Below, one piece after another: positions 18,672 to 25,035 of a stretch of 31,739 bases of DNA. A model generated the notes under the pieces. It was not told the origin of the DNA. It did no database searches and saw only the letters and a program-made list of their open reading frames with translations. Origin of the DNA: a virus (Duplodnaviria; Caudoviricetes). Both the position numbers and the translations under genes were made by a program. The stretch is from positions 1 through 31,739 of the IMG/VR virus record IMGVR_UViG_3300035164_000012, one strand, 5' to 3'. Each line of letters begins with the position of its first letter. Positions within the stretch are counted from its first letter, which is position 1.

Positions 18672-18833
18672 CTATGGTTTACCCTTATGGCAATCATGGT
18701 TGTTTATAAACTGTCTTAATCGTTCATTATCTGCTATTACTTCTGCTAGTAGCTCATAAGGGTCATTTATCCCTGCTAACTCTGTTCTTAGCATTTTTAT
18801 ACGTCTATTATGTTTAGCTAATGTACAAGACAT
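18672..18833 (-). CDS. Hypothetical protein (53 aa), first gene of leftward operon
   Basis: Not in the ORF track. MSCTLAKHNRRIKMLRTELAGINDPYELLAEVIADNERLRQFINNHDCHKGKP, just downstream of the 18858-18886 promoter. Confidence 0.6.
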   Translation of the reverse strand: MSCTLAKHNRRIKMLRTELAGINDPYELLAEVIADNERLRQFINNHDCHKGKP

Positions 18834-18857
18834 TGCATTAGTAGACTTTATGAGCTA

Positions 18858-18886
18858 ACGATAACATATATATAGCGTTTGTAAAG
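18858..18886 (-). promoter_or_regulatory. Leftward promoter CTTTACAAAC-N13-TATCGT (extended -10)
   Basis: TG-T-TATCGT -10 element. The upstream decamer and spacing are identical to those at 23075-23103. Confidence 0.6.
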
Positions 18887-18975
18887 TTTTAATACAATCT
18901 ATGTAGTGTGCTGTTGTATTGCTGTTCTGTTCATGTTCCATTGTGGTACAAACCTAGTCAATTTATTACCCAAGT

Positions 18976-19533
18976 ATGTCCAAAACTAGACCAATTTTAG
19001 ACAGATCATTGATAGACAAAATCACAGCTATAAAGCCGAAATACATTACAACCAATGGTTTTATTAATATGCTTTTGGAAGATGCATACAATGATAGGGT
19101 TAACAAAAAGGTAAATTTGACAAATAATATAGACTATATATATACAAACAATAAAGAATTAGAGAATAAAGAATTAGAAAGAAAAGAACAAAAAGAAAAA
19201 ATTAATAAAAAAGAAAAACAAGAAAAGAATATACCAGATGATCTATTACATTTACAAACTCTTATAGATGATTTCTGGAAAGTAAAGAAAGGTAGTAAGT
19301 CAATACAGGCATGGAAACAACAGATAACAGAATATAGAAAGTTTATAGAAAAGTATGGTGAACAGGTTTTAAAAGATCAGTTAGAGGCAGGTATTCTTGC
19401 AGGTACTTGGAAGGGTTGCACTATAAAAAACTATGAATCAATAAACAAAATAAATAAAGGTTTTGTAGAAGAACAAAAAGTGCATCCTAATCAAAAGGTT
19501 GTTAAGTTTGATGAGATGGGGAACATAATTTAA
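18976..19533 (+). CDS. Putative replication initiator (RHH-like N-terminus, K/E/N-rich linker, helical C-domain)
   Basis: First gene of the rightward operon. Low-complexity linker encoded by direct repeats and an A-tract, as in lambda O-type initiators. Confidence 0.55.
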   Translation: MSKTRPILDRSLIDKITAIKPKYITTNGFINMLLEDAYNDRVNKKVNLTNNIDYIYTNNKELENKELERKEQKEKINKKEKQEKNIPDDLLHLQTLIDDFWKVKKGSKSIQAWKQQITEYRKFIEKYGEQVLKDQLEAGILAGTWKGCTIKNYESINKINKGFVEEQKVHPNQKVVKFDEMGNII

Positions 19534-19805
19534 TGGATAGTTTATTTAGTAATAGTGGCATTAGAACATTACGCAACATGGTTAGAAAAGGTCTTATAAA
19601 ACCAGAAGATTTAGATAATCCTCCTAGTGGTTGGTTTCTGTCTATGGGTTATGAAAGAGAAAATGGATCAGGAAGATGGAAGCGTACAATTCGTACTAAA
19701 AGTGGTGCAACTTCGTCAATTCGTGTACATAAACTTCCAAAATATAAAAATGTTCTTACAGGTAAAATAACTTTTGATCCTGTTATGTATGAAAAAACAT
19801 TATGA
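19533..19805 (+). CDS. Hypothetical protein coupled to putative initiator
   Basis: TAATG overlap, GGGGA ribosome-binding-like site upstream, 90 aa. Confidence 0.7.
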   Translation: MDSLFSNSGIRTLRNMVRKGLIKPEDLDNPPSGWFLSMGYERENGSGRWKRTIRTKSGATSSIRVHKLPKYKNVLTGKITFDPVMYEKTL

Positions 19806-20287
19806 ATATAGAAAAAATTGAAAAATTACTTAGGTTAGCTACTAAAAACCCAAATAAAAATGAGGCTATGGTTGCTGCAAGAAAATTTATAGAAGCTGTA
19901 CAAAGAGAAAATATTAATGTACATCTATCTAAAGAACAAAAACCCGCAACAGAAATAGAAATAAAACAGGCTATAGATAATGCTTATAGAAAAGGTATAG
20001 CAGATGTAAAAAATCATTTCCAACAAGAATTAGATAGAAACTTAAATGCAAAATATAATGAAGGTTTTTTAGATGGTAAAAGAGAAGGATATACTTACCA
20101 GGATGTACAAGATAGCTATAAAAAAGGTTACAAAGAAGGAAAAAAATCTAATTCTATTGAGGTGGCACAACCTTCAGAAATTACGAAAAAAGGTATAAAT
20201 GATTTTCAACTTGCTAGTAATACAAGTACTTTAGCTGGTCATTTATATTTTAGTAATGGTACAAGTACAATAAAAATTAATACATAA
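19802..20287 (+). CDS. DUF2786-like N-terminus plus GxxxG helical repeats
   Basis: EKIEKLLRLA..NPN.NEA..AA motif, then YRKG, YNEGFLDGKREG, YKKGYKEG repeats. Confidence 0.55.
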   Translation: MNIEKIEKLLRLATKNPNKNEAMVAARKFIEAVQRENINVHLSKEQKPATEIEIKQAIDNAYRKGIADVKNHFQQELDRNLNAKYNEGFLDGKREGYTYQDVQDSYKKGYKEGKKSNSIEVAQPSEITKKGINDFQLASNTSTLAGHLYFSNGTSTIKINT

Positions 20288-20905
20288 ATGGATATAAAAA
20301 ACATACTTGTACAAGATCCATTTGTTGAGTTTTATCCTGGACCACATAAGTACTACGATCTAAAACGTAAATGCTATGTAGCAAGATCTGTTAGTGATGT
20401 AATAAAAACATCTGATTTTGTAAGTAAGAACATGGAATTAGCAGCAGAAAGAGGTACTACAATACATGGTGCTGTGCAAATATGGTGCGAAACAGGTGAC
20501 AAGGCACTAGCACTAGCCTATGCAAAAGATTATGCACATTGGGTAGAACATCTTATAAATTACAGAATGTGGGAGACTTGGAAACCTTTAGTAAATGAAC
20601 TAAGAATGATAGATAGAAAAAGAGATATTGCAGGTAGTTGTGATGTTGTTTTACAGCATAAAGAAACTGGTATGCTTTGCCTTGCTGACTATAAAACACA
20701 GGAAAAATACAGCAAAAAGAACCATAGTTTACAAATGGGTGGTTATGTTAGTTTGCTTTATCAAAACTATCCTTCTATAACTTTATTTAGTTGCAGGGTT
20801 ATTTATATAACACCTGATGGCATAAAAACACAGGAATATAACCCTAATGAATGTATGTATGACTATGAACAGGCTAGAAAGTTATATTTTAAAAAATCTA
20901 CTTAA
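20288..20905 (+). CDS. PD-(D/E)XK exonuclease (RecB/Cas4-like)
   Basis: AAERGTTIH, E, AGSCD, LADYKT, LQMGGY motifs. Confidence 0.85.
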   Translation: MDIKNILVQDPFVEFYPGPHKYYDLKRKCYVARSVSDVIKTSDFVSKNMELAAERGTTIHGAVQIWCETGDKALALAYAKDYAHWVEHLINYRMWETWKPLVNELRMIDRKRDIAGSCDVVLQHKETGMLCLADYKTQEKYSKKNHSLQMGGYVSLLYQNYPSITLFSCRVIYITPDGIKTQEYNPNECMYDYEQARKLYFKKST

Positions 20906-21548
20906 TTTTATGTGTATGTTCTACGTTTGGTGGTGTTATTAGCTCTACATCTGCACATATCCTTGCCATCTCTGTACCTTCTTTAAATCGTATACCTTGT
21001 TTTAAATTATCTATACAGGTTTTGGCTCTACTCATTTCAAAGTTAAGACGTTTTGCAGCTAGTGATGCTTCATATAATTCATTTTGTTTTTTCATGGCTT
21101 TCCTACATTCTTTTATAGCTGTTCTATCTAATGGGATTGAAAAAGTAGCAGTGATACCGCCATTAACTGATACATTAGATTGTTTTTGTCCTGTTCTTAC
21201 TTGTTCAAAGTATAATATTTCACCTCTGTAACCAGCATCTACATCACCATCACCTATAGGTTTATTGTCATCATCAAAATTACCTTCTATATCACGTCTT
21301 GAATATACTGGCCTATCAAAATGCGATTCATAAGGTGTTGCAAAGCCATATGTTGTAGAGACGAATGGAGAAATATTTAATGTTGCACCCTGACAGGATA
21401 TTGTGTTCATTTGGTACTGAAACTGCCTAGAAGGAACCACCTGGACGGCTTGATTAACAACCGAACCAGAACTATTACTGGTCGTGTTAACAGAATTAGC
21501 TAAAACAGGGTTATTAAGTAAAAGTAATAAACATAAATATCTTTTCAT
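20898..21548 (-). CDS. Secreted protein, 4 Cys in mature chain, possible outer-membrane protomer
   Basis: Signal peptide MKRYLCLLLLLNNPVLA. Amphipathic strands TLNISPF and GITATFSIPL followed by a long helix. Confidence 0.75.
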   Translation of the reverse strand: MKRYLCLLLLLNNPVLANSVNTTSNSSGSVVNQAVQVVPSRQFQYQMNTISCQGATLNISPFVSTTYGFATPYESHFDRPVYSRRDIEGNFDDDNKPIGDGDVDAGYRGEILYFEQVRTGQKQSNVSVNGGITATFSIPLDRTAIKECRKAMKKQNELYEASLAAKRLNFEMSRAKTCIDNLKQGIRFKEGTEMARICADVELITPPNVEHTHKIK

Positions 21549-21973
21549 TGACTAAAGGTTGATAGCGTATCAGTTACATTTTCAATAGTAGTAGTCCTTA
21601 ATATTTGCGTATAATTAGTAATACCTGGTGTTTCTAATGTCTCGTAGTACATAAAACTTTCACCTTCATTAACAATACTAAATACAGGTTTATTATCTAA
21701 ATTAGGGGAAACATAAGTAGTGCCAACACCCTGTACAGTTGTATCAAGTTTTGTCCAACCAGCAGGAGCTAAATTACCTGTAGAACTTTTTACATTCTCA
21801 CCACCTATTGTTAACTGGTAGCCATTGCGTATATCAAAACTTTTTATGTCCTCAACTGTTGTAGATTTAGTTTCTGATCTTTGCGTTAATACCCCTTGCT
21901 GAAAATTAGGAATTACACTTTGAGCATATACAGGTACGCTAAAAAAACTTAGCAGCAATATAAACCTATACAT
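21545..21973 (-). CDS. Secreted Thr/Ser-rich beta protein
   Basis: Signal peptide MYRFILLLSFFSVPVYA, then VIPNFQQG, ends TLSTFSQ. Confidence 0.75.
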   Translation of the reverse strand: MYRFILLLSFFSVPVYAQSVIPNFQQGVLTQRSETKSTTVEDIKSFDIRNGYQLTIGGENVKSSTGNLAPAGWTKLDTTVQGVGTTYVSPNLDNKPVFSIVNEGESFMYYETLETPGITNYTQILRTTTIENVTDTLSTFSQ

Positions 21974-21981
21974 AGTTATTG

Positions 21982-22485
21982 CTAGTCAACTATTAATGTA
22001 GATGTTACCTGTCCTAATGCTTCAGTATTATGCCCGCCTGCTGTAAGTGTTATTGCATTTGCTGAAGTTATCGTACCTGCCAAATCCCCTGCTGTACCAC
22101 CAGCAATACTTGTAACATTATCAGAAAAATTAGGATTAGTACCAGTTGTAACAGCACTACCTGGTATTGCATCAGCTTGATTATATGACTGACTAAATGT
22201 AAAGCTATTACCTGCTGTTTTTTGAGTAACTGTAATAGATGGAGCAGTAGCTACACCACTTGAGACATTTAATGATCCTAATCCATCACTAACTGTTTGA
22301 CCTGCTGCGGTAGTGTAACTTGTATCCACTCCAGAACCGCTAATGCTATAGCTATTACCTAGTCTTGAAGAAGTTGTACTAGCACCTCCTACTGTAAGTT
22401 TTGTAGAGGCCGTAATGCTGTGGCTTAAATCTGCTAAAACAGGTGTAGAGGCCGTTAAAAGCAGTAAAGCAAATAAATTTTTCAT
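21982..22485 (-). CDS. Secreted Thr/Ser/Gly/Ala-rich beta protein
   Basis: Signal peptide MKNLFALLLLTASTPVLA, FTFSQSYNQADA and AGGTAGDLAGTI motifs. Confidence 0.75.
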   Translation of the reverse strand: MKNLFALLLLTASTPVLADLSHSITASTKLTVGGASTTSSRLGNSYSISGSGVDTSYTTAAGQTVSDGLGSLNVSSGVATAPSITVTQKTAGNSFTFSQSYNQADAIPGSAVTTGTNPNFSDNVTSIAGGTAGDLAGTITSANAITLTAGGHNTEALGQVTSTLIVD

Positions 22486-22491
22486 AAATTA

Positions 22492-22743
22492 CTATTTAGT
22501 AACCTTATTATCTACTAATTTAGCGTTATTACTGTTGTTTACGCCACTTTTCTTATTTCCTACTGAGACCCCGTATGAACCAAGCACCCCCGAAACCAGG
22601 CCAGCGGTAAAGGCTCCATCAATTCTTACCTTACCCATGTATCCAAGAGTCATCATTGATAAACTCCAAGTCAAAATCAGAAATCGGATAGCGTGACCAA
22701 ATATTTCACCCCATTCAATCCCTTCTTTTTCTTTTTCTTCCAT
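22492..22743 (-). CDS. Two-TM membrane protein (holin-like topology)
   Basis: Hydrophobic segments IRFLILTWSLSMMTLGYM and AFTAGLVSGVLGSYGV, with charged termini. Confidence 0.7.
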   Translation of the reverse strand: MEEKEKEGIEWGEIFGHAIRFLILTWSLSMMTLGYMGKVRIDGAFTAGLVSGVLGSYGVSVGNKKSGVNNSNNAKLVDNKVTK

Positions 22744-22789
22744 AGTTAACTACTTGGGTTATTATAAATATAGACATAAACTAAAGATA

Positions 22790-23020
22790 ATGGTGGAAGT
22801 TATAGCTGCTACAGGTGGTGCATTGCTTACGGCTTGTTTTGTATCAGTCGGTTCTATATCTTATAGAGGTAGGCAGTCTAGAGATGACTTAGTAAGAAAT
22901 ACAACAGCTATAGAATTATTAACAGATAAAATTGACGATATGCAAGACAATATGAAAGAAATTTTCCATAGGCTTAAGGAAGTAGAACTTGCCGTTGCAG
23001 AAATTAAGCCCAGGAGGTAA
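22790..23020 (+). CDS. Single-TM coiled-coil protein (76 aa)
   Basis: ATG at 22790 preferred to TTG at 22754. N-terminal TM, then heptads IELLTDKIDDMQDNMKEIFHRLKEVE. Confidence 0.7.
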   Translation: MVEVIAATGGALLTACFVSVGSISYRGRQSRDDLVRNTTAIELLTDKIDDMQDNMKEIFHRLKEVELAVAEIKPRR

Positions 23021-23069
23021 AAAAGGCTGTCTAGCTTTGCGATGGGGATTAAACAGCCCTAGATGACCA
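23019..23069 (-). ncRNA. Candidate ~50-nt small RNA with C-rich loop and intrinsic terminator
   Basis: 9-bp stem GGCUGUUUA/UAGACAGCC (the G-U pair works only on the minus strand), 16-nt loop, U6 tail, promoter immediately upstream. Confidence 0.55.
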
Positions 23070-23074
23070 TTTTT

Positions 23075-23103
23075 AATTTAACGTCTACAATATGTTTGTA
23101 AAG
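23075..23103 (-). promoter_or_regulatory. Promoter CTTTACAAAC-N13-TAAATT for candidate sRNA
   Basis: Same decamer, same spacing and same GT before the -10 as at 18858-18886. Confidence 0.55.
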
Positions 23104-23115
23104 CAAAACAAAGTT

Positions 23116-23280
23116 ATGTACAAAATTTTAAAACCTATACTGCTACGCTTTCTTACATCTACAGGTTGTAAAAGATTAATTGTAGATTTACTAAGGTCAA
23201 TTTGTAAGCAGACAACAAATACTTTAGATGATAAGGCTGTAGATATGTTAGAACAGCAATTATTTCCTAAATTAAATTAG
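23116..23280 (+). CDS. Small amphipathic-helix protein (54 aa)
   Basis: MYKILKPILLRFL...KRLIVDLL.....TTNTLDD.AV pattern, of a type recalled from cyanophages. Confidence 0.7.
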   Translation: MYKILKPILLRFLTSTGCKRLIVDLLRSICKQTTNTLDDKAVDMLEQQLFPKLN

Positions 23281-23285
23281 ACAAT

Positions 23286-23305
23286 AAAAAACCCCTTATG
23301 GGGTT
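23286..23305 (-). terminator. Rho-independent terminator ending the putative early operon
   Basis: AACCCC-ATAA-GGGGTT followed by TTTT on the minus strand, at a convergence point. Confidence 0.8.
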
Positions 23306-23308
23306 GTA

Positions 23309-23417
23309 AGTCAGGAGATAGATCAAGTCCAACACTTGCCCTGTCTTTCCTATAGTAGGTATTTTATAACTTTCAAGTTAGGGTATCTCACAAACCTAAC
23401 TATCAGGCTTCCCGACT
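23309..23417 (-). ncRNA. Candidate structured RNA (109 nt, multi-stem)
   Basis: Closing stem AGUCGGGA/UCCUGACU with nested stems GCCUG/CAGGGC, AGUUAGG/CCUAACU, CCUA/UAGG and CAAGU/ACUUG. Fills the gap between the last ORF and the terminator. Confidence 0.65.
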
Positions 23418-23426
23418 ATTTAGATT

Positions 23427-23618
23427 TTAATAAATGTCAACTATACATTCTGCCTGTTTTTCTATTGACTCTAAGATTAATTGAAATTCATATTGAACTT
23501 CTGGATTATCTTTAAAACTTTTTATTGTTGCCTTTAAAGACTCATGAACTAATCCATATTGATTATGTGATAAAACAATGCCTACGGCTCTTCTAGATGC
23601 TGATTTAAAACGTGTCAT
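23427..23618 (-). CDS. Hypothetical protein (early array)
   Basis: 63 aa, ATGA overlap with upstream gene. Confidence 0.7.
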   Translation of the reverse strand: MTRFKSASRRAVGIVLSHNQYGLVHESLKATIKSFKDNPEVQYEFQLILESIEKQAECIVDIY

Positions 23619-23818
23619 GATAAATAGTCCTGTGCTTTATAAATAAGATCAATAATTCCTTTATTCTTTGGATTATCATCTTGTAATTTACCTAGTAATA
23701 TATCTAGATCATTTACTAAATCAGCAGTATTAATATCAAAATTTTCTTTAAGTAGTCTTTGTTTTTTTTCTATTAAAGAAACAGCAATAATAAAAAATTG
23801 ATTTTCATTAAGTTTCAT
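23615..23818 (-). CDS. Hypothetical protein (early array)
   Basis: 67 aa, AAGGAGGT Shine-Dalgarno, ATGA overlap. Confidence 0.75.
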   Translation of the reverse strand: MKLNENQFFIIAVSLIEKKQRLLKENFDINTADLVNDLDILLGKLQDDNPKNKGIIDLIYKAQDYLS

Positions 23819-24018
23819 TTTTTTACCTCCTTAGAATACTTACCTTTTTCTATAAGCCAATCATATTTTTCAATAGACTTTTTGCAGTTTTGACATGATA
23901 ACTCTGACCATGAAAGATGATAAACCCTGCCTATGTTTTTGCAGTTAGGGCATTGTATTTTAGCCCCTGAATAGCGTTTACATCTTGAGAAACGTGTAAT
24001 AGGTACAAATATAGTCAT
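23815..24018 (-). CDS. Zinc-ribbon protein (early array)
   Basis: CPNC...VYHLSWSELSCQNC, perfect Shine-Dalgarno upstream. Confidence 0.8.
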   Translation of the reverse strand: MTIFVPITRFSRCKRYSGAKIQCPNCKNIGRVYHLSWSELSCQNCKKSIEKYDWLIEKGKYSKEVKK

Positions 24019-24203
24019 TAATTATTTACCTCCTTTTCTTCTATTTGTTTTATAGCTTCACTAATCAAATCTCTTACAGATTTTAGATAAATTAGACATT
24101 GTTTATCTTCTATAGACAGTTCAATCATGCGTATAGCAGACTTTTGTAAATTATTAAATACTCTTTGACCTTTTAATTCTTGTGTAAGTTTTTCTTTGCT
24201 CAT
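24018..24203 (-). CDS. Hypothetical protein (early array)
   Basis: 61 aa helical, ends KEVNN. Confidence 0.75.
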   Translation of the reverse strand: MSKEKLTQELKGQRVFNNLQKSAIRMIELSIEDKQCLIYLKSVRDLISEAIKQIEEKEVNN

Positions 24204-24367
24204 TTGTTTACCTCCTTTTCCTTAACTTTAAAATCATTGTGCATTGCTACTTCAATCATGTACTGTTCAAGTCTTTCAATTAATTCATTTCTTGTTTCAA
24301 GGTTTATCCAAGAACCTTCTTTGAGTGCTGAATAAATTTCAACTAATTGATGGTGTCTAAAATTCAT
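24200..24367 (-). CDS. Hypothetical protein (early array, 55 aa)
   Basis: Start moved to ATG 24367 (MNFRHH), which follows the perfect Shine-Dalgarno. Ends KEVNK. Confidence 0.75.
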   Translation of the reverse strand: MNFRHHQLVEIYSALKEGSWINLETRNELIERLEQYMIEVAMHNDFKVKEKEVNK

Positions 24368-24504
24368 TTGTTTACCTCCTTGCAAGCTAGTTCGTAGTTA
24401 GTTAGTTTGTTTTCACACGCTGTAAGTGTCATATCGTATAAGGTTGAATTAAGGGCTGTATAAAACAACCCTATAGCTGAAAGTATCATTAGAAAATTTT
24501 GCAT
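24364..24504 (-). CDS. Small membrane-anchored protein with 2 Cys (46 aa)
   Basis: Not in the ORF track. MQNFLMILSAIGLFYTALNSTLYDMTLTACENKLTNYELACKEVNK exactly fills the gap between neighbours. Confidence 0.75.
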   Translation of the reverse strand: MQNFLMILSAIGLFYTALNSTLYDMTLTACENKLTNYELACKEVNK

Positions 24505-24969
24505 TTAATTGTACCTGTGAGCTAATTTGTTTTCTACATAAATAGTTGTCCATGTTCCAACCATGTCATCGAAGAAACCTAATTGTTGTTGAATTTTTCT
24601 AGCTTCAGCCCATGTTTTAGGTTGCTTTTTAGCTAGTTTTTCCCATAAATTGAATTTTTTTATAAGTTCTTGTTTCTTCTTATATGATTCTTGTAGTTTC
24701 ATATAACCTAATTCAACCATTAAATCAATATAAGAGACCTCGTATTCTCTATAAAAATCTTTTTGTGTATCTAATATCCAATGATGAATAAATAAATAAT
24801 GGTCTGTATTATTCCAATTTACTTTTTCACTTCCTCCATTAGCTTCTTGATCTATAGAAGCGTAACAAGTTCTTCCTACACGTAATTCACAGTAAAAAGA
24901 AATACCTTGTCTACCTAATCTGTGAGAAAGTTTTGAAACAGTAATTGTTTTTGTTTTGGTTTGAGTCAT
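24505..24969 (-). CDS. Hypothetical protein, first gene of putative early operon
   Basis: 154 aa with GAGAGG upstream, directly after a near-consensus promoter. Confidence 0.8.
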   Translation of the reverse strand: MTQTKTKTITVSKLSHRLGRQGISFYCELRVGRTCYASIDQEANGGSEKVNWNNTDHYLFIHHWILDTQKDFYREYEVSYIDLMVELGYMKLQESYKKKQELIKKFNLWEKLAKKQPKTWAEARKIQQQLGFFDDMVGTWTTIYVENKLAHRYN

Positions 24970-25002
24970 TTGGAAAACCTCTCGGTTGTGTTTACACTAT
25001 TA

Positions 25003-25031
25003 AATGTACATCAAGGGTATACCCCTGTCAA
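25003..25031 (-). promoter_or_regulatory. Strong sigma70-type promoter TTGACA-17-TACATT with GGGTATACCC operator in the spacer
   Basis: -35 at 25031-25026, -10 at 25008-25003, palindrome at 25015-25024. Confidence 0.85.
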
Positions 25032-25035
25032 GTAA

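Larger units (their letters stand above)
23815..24381 (-). repeat. Four conserved gene-junction repeats AAGGAGGTAAA(C/A/T)AA..ATGA
   Basis: 24364-24381 and 24200-24217 are identical 18-mers. 23815-23832 has 1 mismatch. 24015-24035 is a variant with a 3-nt insertion. Confidence 0.85.

Noticed and set aside
19117-19146. TTGACA inside the initiator gene as an internal promoter
   Set aside because: Hexamers at 16-18 bp spacing (TATATA, ATATAC, TATACA) lack the conserved final T.
23309-23417. Canonical hammerhead ribozyme or tRNA
   Set aside because: The core reads CUGAUAG rather than CUGAnGA and no stem III/UH site fits. There is no cloverleaf, T-loop or CCA. Kept only as an unassigned structured RNA.
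23815-24381. CRISPR-like array (repeats plus a Cas4-like nuclease in the genome)
   Set aside because: The repeats are 18-bp SD/start junctions separated by 150-200 bp ORFs, not 30-40 bp spacers. The nuclease is a generic PD-(D/E)XK enzyme and no cas operon is present.
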